Both the position numbers and the translations under genes were made by a program. Under the pieces are notes generated by a model. The model worked only from the letters and a program-made list of their open reading frames with translations. It searched no databases and was not told where the DNA came from. 64,000 nucleotides of DNA from Pedobacter sp. (GTDB taxonomy: Bacteria > Desulfobacterota > Desulfuromonadia > Desulfuromonadales > Syntrophotaleaceae). This document shows, in pieces, positions 18,682 to 28,093 of the stretch. Where the stretch lies: contig JBFWJC010000001.1 in NCBI GenBank assembly GCA_050253415.1, positions 1,384,679-1,448,678 on the forward strand. Direction: 5' to 3'. Each line of letters starts with the position of its first letter. Position 1 is the first letter of the stretch.

Positions 18682-19711
18682 GCGCAGATGCGCTCGCCGT
18701 GGCTATGGCGCGGCTCTTTTTTTCGCCGGTGTCTGGTTTTTCAGGAACAGGGAAGTCGTCCCCAAAGACCTTTCTCAGGGTTTCGCATGCCTTCACCGGG
18801 TCTACTTCACCGATTGCCGAGTCAAGAGCCTCCAGCAGACTTTCCAATTTCTCCTTCAGATTGGCCATCTGGTTGTCTGTCATCTTTTCGAACAATTCGG
18901 AATAGGGTTCGACTGGCAGGTACACCTTCAGTCTGTTTCCGAAGTTGTTCAGCATGCTGTTTACAACCCCTCGAATCGCTTGCAGGTCGTCGTACTTGCT
19001 CGTGTTCGCAACGGTATCCGTCGTCTTGTTTGGGGAAAACCATTCGTATACCGCGATGGTCAGGCCTATTCCGATAGGCGCGGCATTACCATTGGTAGAG
19101 AATTTGTGGTCCTTCCACCTTTTCAGATACCGTATCACCCTGACAAATTGCTTTTTGTCGTCGCCGGAATATCTGTTTCCAACAATGTCCGCCAATCCTT
19201 TAGGGTCTGATACTTCCCATGATTTATTGTTATCTGAAGAATTCAACTTTCCCTTTGCCAGACACTTCTTGCCGTCAGAGTTGCAAGACTCGTCGGAATA
19301 AATTGCAAGATCGACATGATACTGTGGTTCATCACCTTTCTGGTAAAAAACGGTTACACATGGCCTCCGCATGTCGACTTTTTTGGTATGGCCGTTCAAC
19401 GCTTCATACACCCATTTCTTGACTGCCACCGGGTCTGGATAGTCGTCTTTTGAGACATTGAAGGATACGCCGACATCAATATCATAATCACTGTCCAAAG
19501 GTATAACGCCGGTGCCCATTTTATAGCTTCCCTGGTCAAAAGTCTGGTACGTGGGAACCGGTTCATTCTTCTCCTCGAAAATCGCCTTCAGACGCGATTT
19601 TAGCTTATCAAGAACAATGTCCCTCTTTTCCCTTAGGGTCTGGTTCTCGTCGAATCGTTTGAGTTTAATTGCTTCATGAAAGGATTCGAAATGCTTTTGA
19701 ACGTCGGCCAT
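18674..19711 (-). CDS. CBASS cGAS/DncV-like nucleotidyltransferase (CD-NTase)
   Basis: QGSY..T....DYDIDVG, HVDLAIY, W..SDP, IRYLKRWKD; RBS AGGAGG; stop overlaps the cap2 start. Confidence 0.93.
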   Translation of the reverse strand: MADVQKHFESFHEAIKLKRFDENQTLREKRDIVLDKLKSRLKAIFEEKNEPVPTYQTFDQGSYKMGTGVIPLDSDYDIDVGVSFNVSKDDYPDPVAVKKWVYEALNGHTKKVDMRRPCVTVFYQKGDEPQYHVDLAIYSDESCNSDGKKCLAKGKLNSSDNNKSWEVSDPKGLADIVGNRYSGDDKKQFVRVIRYLKRWKDHKFSTNGNAAPIGIGLTIAVYEWFSPNKTTDTVANTSKYDDLQAIRGVVNSMLNNFGNRLKVYLPVEPYSELFEKMTDNQMANLKEKLESLLEALDSAIGEVDPVKACETLRKVFGDDFPVPEKPDTGEKKSRAIATASASAHA

Positions 19712-19753
19712 ACGACCTCCTTTTGGAAGTACAACATTTTGGGATGTTCCAGC

Positions 19754-19782
19754 AATATAGGTACGACATATTGTGTTGTCAA
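19754..19782 (-). promoter_or_regulatory. Sigma70-type promoter of the CBASS operon
   Basis: Minus strand TTGACA-17 nt-TATATT, 42 nt upstream of the CD-NTase ATG. Confidence 0.75.
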
Positions 19783-20484
19783 GAGAATGTTAAGATTTTT
19801 TTACGCCCACTGTTGATTGGCTGTGCATAGTTGCTGTTGCGTTACCCGACGTCTGAGAAGACACGAGTTTCAAAACACAGAAACCCAGCTCGGATCGCCA
19901 GGCGGGGTTTTCTCTTCCATGGGATAGTTATGTCCCTTGACCCGGTGCCTTTAAATGGGTGACACAGGGGGCTAGGAATGATCGGACATAACGAAATGGA
20001 ACCAAGACGACTGGTTTCAGGCATTTGCGATAGAATTTTTCGGCTAAAATGGTCGAAGCCTTTGCATCAGAGGAGGGTAGGGCGATGGCCAAATATGAAT
20101 CCAAACTTATACCCAAAGGCTAGGATTCGACAGATGGTCAAGCCCTGCCGGATGGTAGAATCCGGTTTAAAATGACCTCCTGAAAGAGAGCTAAAAAGTT
20201 GGCTCTGGCAGAGGTTCAGGTCGTATGGGAAGCGCCAATCACCAAAAGATTAAATTCAGACCATTAAATCCTACCCGCATTTCACCCTGCAAGAATGTAT
20301 TGAATCAGCCAATAGAAGATTTTTTCCGCTTACGGGTGATCGGGGGCCGCATAAGATTCGGCGCGAACTCAACCGCAATGGCTCCTGTTGTTCCTCCCGG
20401 CCCGGGGGATGAGCCCTCATCCACCAAAAAAGTCACTACACAGTCGGTCGCAGACTCTTTACTTCTGGCGCCAGGATTTTTTCA

Positions 20485-20960
20485 GTGCCTGGAGCGCTGC
20501 CTGTTCCTTGACTGATCGTTGAAGGTCATCTGTAGCCGACTGAAATGAAAGCAACAGGACGATGCAAAAATGGGGCGCCTCCGAAACCATCAACCAGTGG
20601 GGCGTTTTGGATTGCCAGTAGGACGGACAGTTTTAACGCCATCTACACTGACGACATAAACACCGATTGAGGCAAAAGTGCTACGGTGTGGACCGTCGTT
20701 ACTTCCAAACCGGGTGGGCATTGAGCAACGGCCAGCCATCGTCAAATCACGCAGTCGCTTCGGCGATTGGGAGGGCGGCTTGATGGTAGGTCCGGCAATC
20801 CGGTGCTCCTCGCTTCCCATGTGGAACGTAAAAAAACGCTACCAGAAGGTCTCGCTGCTTAAGAATTACAGGGCTGAAACTTTCAATACCGCAGTGATCC
20901 ATTTCTATCACCGATTGCCGGCAGCAATGCGATTGACGCTCATTGTAGGCCATAGTCGGT
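20485..20960 (+). pseudogene. Decayed IS30-family transposase fragment
   Basis: Pieces across stops and frameshifts: LD*S..ICSRLK, ETINQW, HL.*RHKHRLRQKCYG, RVGIEQRPAIVKSRSRFGDWEG, LPAAMRLTL. Confidence 0.75.
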
Positions 20961-22018
20961 TGCAATTCTATTTTCTCAAGGAGGCGGATTTTATGCGAAT
21001 TGATGAGGCCGAAGGGAACTGGGCAACTAAATGCCTCAAGCATCGACCACGAAAGGGTATCAAGGGCCGGAGCCCTTTACCCTGGGGGAGGACCTATGTG
21101 GTTCACGTGCAAATTGAATCCGGTGACGGTACACAGCCGTCATTTTAATTAATTGGAAAAAATAATTTAAGCCACTACTGGGTGCCGATAGTGCGTTTAT
21201 TCCAGACAGAAGGCGACAATGGGCCTACAAAAAGATATTGAAAACTTCGGTACTCAAGCATCTTGATAGCTTTTTCCATTATTCTCTTCATAGCTTCTTA
21301 CCTAATTTTTTACGACCATCAATCTTGAATCTTTTCAATAATTTCCTCGACAATCAACAAAAAATCAATTCTGGCAAAGAAAATTTACATCGTCTGTGAT
21401 TGCTTATTTGGGCTATTCCTAACAACTTTGTTTGCCATCAATAACCTTAACATGAAAAGCTCGTACAGGTAATTTAGTGAGTGTTTGTACCGTAACAATA
21501 AACACAAAAAATACAATGAATGATAATGATTAGAGTTTACTGTATTGTAATAGAAAAATATGCAATAAAAAACCAATATCAGTTGTACTATAAAGTAACA
21601 ATTCAATACGTCTATTTCATGGTTTAATTAATAAAAAAACCAAACAATACACATCCTATTGACAAAAGGAAAGTAGTTTTGCGATCATACAATCATAAAA
21701 AGAATTTTTATCCCTTAAATAAGATATATGTAATCACAATACAGGATGGTCAGGTGAAACTTTTCACCCACTAAACACGTGGGAGCCCCGTCGATGAACA
21801 CCAACAACAACGACCATTCTACCGTGCATGTTCAACCGATTTCCGAACGGAAAGAACATGGTCAGCATCAAAAGTCACCTCTACACGAAGGCCCCAACTT
21901 TCGCGTATCTGCCTTTTCGCTTTGGCACCTGCCGAAACCCCTCTCTGATTTTGCGACACTGACCACTGATGTTTTTACCGACCCGCGATGTAACCGGACA
22001 AAAATAAAAGGAGCCGCC

Positions 22019-22612
22019 ATGAATACATGTAATTTCAGAGAATTAGGTGACGTCTGCCTGGATATTTTGACCATCAAGCCGCAGGCGCCGGCCACAAAGC
22101 GTTTGCCACCCACATACCTGTTTGTGGCCGTCGATCATGCCAGTCGCTGGGCTTACGGGGAGTTGCACCAAAGCAGGTCGGCCCTTTTTGTTGACTTTCT
22201 TGAAAATCTGGCCAAAAAAGCACCATTCAGAATACATACGGTTTTCACGACCTACGACCGACCCTTCCATGAACTTTTCGTCAACGGCAGAGCGACCATC
22301 AATGACGTAAACGAAACATTCAACCAAGCCTGTGTAAGACTCGGCATTGTTCATCGATCAACCCCGCCTTGGAGGCCAGTTGATGCCGGTGTGTTGGAGC
22401 GATTCCATCGCAGCATTGGGGAAGGCTTGAAAACGGCAGGAGGGATTTCACCCAAGGATTTTGCGCCCACCTTGCTGCGCTACCTTGAGCAATACAATGA
22501 GCACCTTCCCCAGCTAGTTTTGGGCCACATAACGCCCATTCAGGCTGTAAGGAGAGGTATTGCCTCTGCAACAAATGTGGGGGACAACAACCCTCTTAGC
22601 ATAAAAAGGTGA
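22019..22612 (+). CDS. Stand-alone IS481-like integrase core domain, catalytically degenerate
   Basis: YLFVAVDHASRW, APFRIHTVFT, F...C..LGIVHR.T.P..P...G..ERF, YNEHLPQ..LG..TP; TDNG replaced by TTYD; no HTH; RBS AAGGAG before ATG 22019 (frame open from 21779). Confidence 0.65.
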   Translation: MNTCNFRELGDVCLDILTIKPQAPATKRLPPTYLFVAVDHASRWAYGELHQSRSALFVDFLENLAKKAPFRIHTVFTTYDRPFHELFVNGRATINDVNETFNQACVRLGIVHRSTPPWRPVDAGVLERFHRSIGEGLKTAGGISPKDFAPTLLRYLEQYNEHLPQLVLGHITPIQAVRRGIASATNVGDNNPLSIKR

Positions 22613-22616
22613 AACC

Positions 22617-22745
22617 ATGCGAAGTAATCGACCGCAAAAAAACTCGGTGATCCGGGTAGAACCGATTCGATCGCTGGACGCCATCGAACGCATCAAGGCC
22701 AATCTGGCCCCGCGCCCGCGCGGGCGGCCACTGCCGCCCCACTGA
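22617..22745 (+). pseudogene. N-terminal stub of a tyrosine recombinase
   Basis: Manual translation MRSNRPQKNSVIRVEPIRSLDAIERIKANLAPRPR..*; resembles the VEPIR N-terminus of small tyrosine recombinases; AAGGTG RBS. Confidence 0.55.
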
Positions 22746-22755
22746 AGGAGGAAGT

Positions 22756-22989
22756 ATGAAAAAGAAAGATGTCGGCAAAAACAGTCGCAGCAGGGCGACG
22801 ATCAAAGCGTCAAGAGCGCAGGTTACAAACGGTCACAAGGCCCCGCCGGCGATCAAGCGCTCGGCGTGTACACTGACTCCCCAACAAAAGACGACGTGGT
22901 TGTTGTGCCTGTGGGGTGGCGAGTTCAAGTTTTCTATTGAAGAAGCGGATTACCCTTTGGCACGGCCGGGGAAAAGGACCTTGTTCTGA
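22756..22989 (+). CDS. Hypothetical small basic protein
   Basis: RBS AGGAGG; no recognised motif. Confidence 0.3.
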   Translation: MKKKDVGKNSRSRATIKASRAQVTNGHKAPPAIKRSACTLTPQQKTTWLLCLWGGEFKFSIEEADYPLARPGKRTLF

Positions 22990-23035
22990 ATCTCAACAAA
23001 CTCTCCAATGCTAGCATCCGCAAAGCGGCGCAAGA

Positions 23036-23366
23036 GTGGCGCGCGAGGTTCCGGAAGGCCTGGGTCGACGCCGAGGTAAAGACTATTTCGGCTGGATTCA
23101 GGTGCGTGACTTCGGCAGGTTGGGTCGCGTCAGTCACATCCCTAGTCCTGAAGTCGACCGGGAAATTCACGGGATGTTCATCGGCGAAGAGGCTCTGTAC
23201 TACGGATCTGGGCTGGCGACCCGAGGTGGTCGAGATTCGGAAGCAATACCCGCTGTCCCTGAATCTTGCCTTGACAGTGGCAGAGGCGCTGGGCATCGCG
23301 CATCCCAGAGGTTTCCTGGAAAATTGCGGTGTCAGGGTGCTTGGGGACGGTCCAAGTGAAGTTTGA
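23036..23366 (+). pseudogene. tnsA: Frameshifted, truncated tnsA paralogue
   Basis: GKDYFGWIQVRDF..GRVSHIPS in one frame and WRPEVVEIRKQYPL..VAEALGIAHP in another; colinear with the intact TnsA N-terminus downstream. Confidence 0.8.
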
Positions 23367-23562
23367 TGATGTCTGGCAAGCTTCCATGGTCTTATCCCGG
23401 AGGGAATGGATATAAGTCAGGGGCCTGGGGCCTATGGATGATAAAGCAGCAATATAAAAGCCGTTATTGCGATTTTCGCAATTCCAAAACGGAAGTCCTT
23501 TCATCAAATAGCGAATGAGAAGAAAGAAAAAGCCATTAGCAGGTTCGGGAAAGGAGGACAGT

Positions 23563-24375
23563 ATGTCTCCACGAGCGCGCATTTCAGACAAAGGCAGAGC
23601 CCGTAAGGGGCGAGGCAAGGGCCATGGCAGAAATTACGAGCCGTGGATCAAAGTTGGCGACTACCCCGCAAATGTTGGATTCGGGGACAGGGTAAACGGT
23701 TTAATCAGCGGTCGTCCCACCCATACACTGTCGAGGTTGGAATTTGGTGAATATTTAACGTTGGAGAGGTGGCAGGATGTTGTGGATATCCGTGAAAACT
23801 ATCCTCTGCCCCCCGGGGAAACAAAAATCGTGGCAGACAGGCTTGGTTTGCGACATCCCGTTGAAAGAACAACCAAACAGCCCAAGACCTTAACCATCGA
23901 CCTTTACCTAGATATACTTGATAATGAAGGTTTTTTAATGCACGAGGCCTGGGATCTTAAAAAGAAAGCGCATCTGGCGCTGGCCTCGTATATGCGCCAA
24001 ATCGATATTAAGGAGGCGTATCTTGCCATTTACGACACCCCCTACCATATTGCTACTGAAAATGAAATCGACCCGATCCTCATCAAGAATTATTTTCTAT
24101 TACGGCGATATACCGGTGAATACTTTTCTGCCCAGCATTTGGCCCAGATCAACCATCTGGAGAAACTCCTTTGGCAAGAATTAAAAGATTCCAGGGAACC
24201 CGCTGCGCATGTCTGTACCCGTATAGATATCCAGCAGGGCTATCGTCAGGGTACGTGCCTGAGCACGGTTTACTACCTGATTTATCATCGATACTGGCAG
24301 GTTGATCTCTATGAGGAAATCAGGCCGGACGAAGGGCCTTTGAAGCTCTATCGTTTAAAAGCCGTAGAGGATTGA
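23563..24375 (+). CDS. tnsA: Tn7-like transposase endonuclease subunit TnsA
   Basis: GRGKGHGRNYEPWI, LSRLE, VVDIRENYPL, LGLRHP, TIDL..K; RBS AGGAGG. Confidence 0.9.
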   Translation: MSPRARISDKGRARKGRGKGHGRNYEPWIKVGDYPANVGFGDRVNGLISGRPTHTLSRLEFGEYLTLERWQDVVDIRENYPLPPGETKIVADRLGLRHPVERTTKQPKTLTIDLYLDILDNEGFLMHEAWDLKKKAHLALASYMRQIDIKEAYLAIYDTPYHIATENEIDPILIKNYFLLRRYTGEYFSAQHLAQINHLEKLLWQELKDSREPAAHVCTRIDIQQGYRQGTCLSTVYYLIYHRYWQVDLYEEIRPDEGPLKLYRLKAVED

Positions 24376-24397
24376 AAGCCTCCCAGGGGGATGGGAA

Positions 24398-26578
24398 ATG
24401 AATATCGCGATTGGCAATATCCTGGAGTGGCTCGATCCGGAGTTTCCGGACGAGGACCGGGCCCCATCTTCAGAAGAAACGATCTCCCGTGAGCGCGTTT
24501 TGTGGGGTGATGCAGATGTAATTGTATCCATCCCCATGTCGAGGCCGCACAAGGGGGCAGGTGATGGTATGCCGGTGGTGCACCTGAGGAGCAAACTGGA
24601 GCGTGCCCTAGAGGAAAATCGACTGTGTATCAATCGTGATTTTGATCCTTATGGTCGCTTGTTAATTCTCCCCTCCGAATACAAAGAGAAACACGCTGAG
24701 CATCAGAAAAAAGCATGGAACGCGATCCAAGACATCGCGAAAAAGGAACCCGGAATTTACGACCCGGGGACTCGCGGTCGCTTGGTACGACAGGCAGCAC
24801 ATAAGCATAAGGTGTCCCGCCCCTACATTTATAAGCAATTACGGCGATATTGGGTGGCCGGGAATATACTCGAGGCTCTGCTTCCTGATTTCTTCCACTG
24901 CGGGCACATCCCGCAGGGGCAGGAGTTTAAACATTCGAAGAATTCATTGGAAACCAAAATTAAGATTGTCAAGGGAATTAAAAAATTCGGGGGCGGTGGA
25001 AAGACAGGCCAGAACTTAAATGATGACATTTGCGAAGAGTATTTTTCAGAGAAAGATGTTTTAACGGAAAGACGACTGATATATCCGACGGCACCATCTG
25101 TCCATGTCACAAATTACTATAGGAAGCTATTAAGAGATCACGATCTCAAGTGGTATATAATCAATCAATTCGGAATCAATAAATTCAAGAAGCTTTTTAG
25201 ACCGTTATTAAAAACATCCCAAACCTATGTGTCCGGTCCTGCGGATACTTTTCAAATTGATCATACTGTAGCAGATATTTATTTGGTTAATAAAGACGAT
25301 CGCTTATTAATAATAGGCCGTCCTATGGTCTATATCGTTATCGATGTTTTCTCCCGCTTAATTACGGGAATCTTTGTCGGATTAGAAGGTCCGAGCTGGG
25401 AAGGCGGCGCCAGTCGGGCTTTGCTCAATGCATTTTCCCCGAAGTTGCCCTTTTTGCAGGAACTCGGAATGGATGAATTGTTTTGGGATGTCTTGGGGGA
25501 AAGGCTGGACGAAAGTACTTGGCCGGCTGACTGTATACCCGCCAGGGTTTTGGGCGATTTTGAAATCGTTTCGCAAAAAGCTGATGCACCGATAATGCCG
25601 CTCGGCATTACTTTTTCCAATACGCCTTCGCGCCAACCTTGGGCGAAAGGGATTGTCGAGGCGCAATTCCGCGTATCTAAAGATTACTTCCTGGATTGGG
25701 CACCTGGAGCGGTCGATGAGTGGAGGAAGGAGGTGGAGGGCCGAGATTATAAATATGATGCCATTTTCACTTTGGAGGAATTTACAAAAATACTTTTACT
25801 GTACGTTCTTCTTTGGAATGATCACCTTCTTCCAAAATACAAGCTGGACAAGGCAATGATCCGGGACCATGTGCAACCTAGACCGAAAGAGCTTTGGCGG
25901 TGGGGGTGGGCCAATCTCTGCGGCCTTCCTAATCAGCGTAGTAGGGAGGTGTTGGAGCTTGCTTTGCTGCCACGGAAGACGGGGCGGGTAACCCAGTTTG
26001 GGCTTGAATTTGGGAAAAAAACTTACGTGCCTCAATGTGAGGATGCCGAGGAAATTCTCCTTCGGGCTTCCTACTTTAATCCATATGAAGTGGAGGTTTC
26101 CTACGATTCACGGTCTGCCGAGTGCGTTCTCATGCATGACCCCGAAAAGCGGCGGGTAGTGCGATGCCTGCTGAATCTTCCAAAGGAACGTAGTTGTGTC
26201 GGGGTCAACGAAGAGGAAACCCGGGTTCTCGATGCAGCTAAAAGTAAACTGATTAACGCTGCCGCTGCGGGGGAACGGCAAAGCCGGGTGGATAAGAGGC
26301 AGGTTGGGAGGCGGATAACCGAAGAAGCTATGGCGGCCCACGAGGAGGCACGGATACTGGGGCCGGATACGACAAAGCGAAGGCGTGGCGATGTAGCCAA
26401 AAATCGTGCCGACGAGGTACGGACCCGGGCCAGTGAAAAACATGGTGAACAGGGCGAACAGCAAGCTAGGCCGGATATTCCCGATGCAAAAGATGAAGAT
26501 AAGAAGTCCGGGGATGCAGGGATTTTCGATCTCATGTACGGGAAGGGGGCGGATCATGAAGAACCTCGAAAGCATTGA
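24398..26578 (+). CDS. tnsB: Tn7-like DDE transposase TnsB
   Basis: YKQLRRYW, GP..FQID.T.ADIYLV, IIGRP..Y..IDVFSR.I.G..VGLEGPSW, KGIVE. Confidence 0.92.
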   Translation: MNIAIGNILEWLDPEFPDEDRAPSSEETISRERVLWGDADVIVSIPMSRPHKGAGDGMPVVHLRSKLERALEENRLCINRDFDPYGRLLILPSEYKEKHAEHQKKAWNAIQDIAKKEPGIYDPGTRGRLVRQAAHKHKVSRPYIYKQLRRYWVAGNILEALLPDFFHCGHIPQGQEFKHSKNSLETKIKIVKGIKKFGGGGKTGQNLNDDICEEYFSEKDVLTERRLIYPTAPSVHVTNYYRKLLRDHDLKWYIINQFGINKFKKLFRPLLKTSQTYVSGPADTFQIDHTVADIYLVNKDDRLLIIGRPMVYIVIDVFSRLITGIFVGLEGPSWEGGASRALLNAFSPKLPFLQELGMDELFWDVLGERLDESTWPADCIPARVLGDFEIVSQKADAPIMPLGITFSNTPSRQPWAKGIVEAQFRVSKDYFLDWAPGAVDEWRKEVEGRDYKYDAIFTLEEFTKILLLYVLLWNDHLLPKYKLDKAMIRDHVQPRPKELWRWGWANLCGLPNQRSREVLELALLPRKTGRVTQFGLEFGKKTYVPQCEDAEEILLRASYFNPYEVEVSYDSRSAECVLMHDPEKRRVVRCLLNLPKERSCVGVNEEETRVLDAAKSKLINAAAAGERQSRVDKRQVGRRITEEAMAAHEEARILGPDTTKRRRGDVAKNRADEVRTRASEKHGEQGEQQARPDIPDAKDEDKKSGDAGIFDLMYGKGADHEEPRKH

Positions 26579-28067
26579 CGCGGCTGAAACTTTCGGATCC
26601 CGGGGACCCATTTTCGGCAATAAGGTTCCGGCAAGGTATTTTCCATCGGCGGATCCCATGTTCAGGCACAATCCGCTTATCGAAGCGTTACCGCCAATTA
26701 TGGCGGTCGATGAGTTTACCAAAGCGGCCAGTTGGTACCCGGCTTATGATGAAGAGGAAAGGAAGAAGCCGTTAGAGTACCGCCTTATCGCGAGCGAAAG
26801 GATTAAAACACTCGTGGAGCCCCTGCCGCCATTTGTGAGGTTTTATTATTCATTGTGTGGTCAGCTCCGCTTTGGATATTTGAGCCGAAACCCTCCACGA
26901 CCGGCTTATAAAAAACAGTTGGAGGAAAGTTTTCCCGATAAAGAGTTCTCTGAGGACCCGTACCGCATGCCCGTCTTGCAGAATGCGGCATCCGGGTCAT
27001 GTGTCCTCGGTATCAGCGGTGTCGGCAAGACCACTTTAATCGAAACGGTCCTGAAGCTGATTCCTCAAGTCATTATTCACAGTGAATATGAAAACGAGCA
27101 ATTTACACAGCAGCAACTTGTCTGGGCATATGTGTGTTGCTTCCGCGGGAAAACTTTGAAAAATATCGCTTTCCAGTTTTTGTATCAGGTAGAGCTGTTA
27201 CTTGGCTACCCATGTTTTAGCAATTGTCATGGAAAAAGGTGGGCTGAAAAAGATATTTTGATGGAAATGGCAAGGGTTGCCCGGACGGTAAAGCTGGGAG
27301 CCCTTGTAGTTGATGAAGTGCAAAATTTGCAATACGGAGAGTCCAAAACAGGGCAACAGAGGAGGGGGTATTCCTATCCCCCATCGCTGTTGACGGCTTT
27401 GGTAACATTTTCGAACCTATTTAGGGTGCCAATCGTTTTTGTCGGAACACCGGAAACCGGGCCTCTCATAGGGAAAAGCATGCCTTTATCAAGGAGGGCA
27501 ACGCAAGGTGGCAAAATAGAGGTAGATCGTTTGCGCCCAGGACGGGTATGGGATCAATTTTATGAAACCTTATCCCGTTATCAATTTCAAAAAAAACCGA
27601 TGCAGGATAATGATGAAATCAAAAAGGCCTTTTATGAAGAGACCCAAGGGATCATAGGTGCCCTGGTGAGCCTGTTTACGGCTGTGCAATGGGAAGCCAT
27701 CTATTCAGGGGTGGAAGCGATATCCGAAAAACTAATCCGTGAGGTGGCGAGAACCCATTTAGGACCGTTGTATCCCTGGATCAGGCTTATAAAGGCCGGG
27801 AAAGAAAAATTTTTTTCAACGCCACAGGTATTGGAGTCCGATCTGTCCCATGAAGCTTTTGTTGCGGCCAGTAAAAGAAACACTAGATCCGCAAAAGACC
27901 AAAATGGGGGCGAACGAGCGAATGAAAGGGGAAAAAGTAATTCGGCCGGTCGGGAGAATGTGCTCACTGCAAGTAAAGATGCTCGCGCAAAAAAAAGGAA
28001 AAAAGCGAAGGAAAATTACGAAAAATTAAAAAGAAGGGGGCTGATTGCGGACGGAGAACGGGAATAA
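26556..28067 (+). CDS. tnsC: Tn7-like AAA+ regulator TnsC
   Basis: NPLIEALPP, GY..RNP, Walker A GISGVGKTT, PQVI.H, Walker B LVVDEVQ, VGTP. Confidence 0.92.
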   Translation: MKNLESIDAAETFGSRGPIFGNKVPARYFPSADPMFRHNPLIEALPPIMAVDEFTKAASWYPAYDEEERKKPLEYRLIASERIKTLVEPLPPFVRFYYSLCGQLRFGYLSRNPPRPAYKKQLEESFPDKEFSEDPYRMPVLQNAASGSCVLGISGVGKTTLIETVLKLIPQVIIHSEYENEQFTQQQLVWAYVCCFRGKTLKNIAFQFLYQVELLLGYPCFSNCHGKRWAEKDILMEMARVARTVKLGALVVDEVQNLQYGESKTGQQRRGYSYPPSLLTALVTFSNLFRVPIVFVGTPETGPLIGKSMPLSRRATQGGKIEVDRLRPGRVWDQFYETLSRYQFQKKPMQDNDEIKKAFYEETQGIIGALVSLFTAVQWEAIYSGVEAISEKLIREVARTHLGPLYPWIRLIKAGKEKFFSTPQVLESDLSHEAFVAASKRNTRSAKDQNGGERANERGKSNSAGRENVLTASKDARAKKRKKAKENYEKLKRRGLIADGERE

Positions 28068-28093
28068 AACAGAAGGTAGGAGGTGTTTAGGTT

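Noticed and set aside
22028..22036. TGTAATTTC matching the candidate end at 37133
   Set aside because: 9-bp match inside an ORF start, no matching 5-bp duplication and no TnsB-site array
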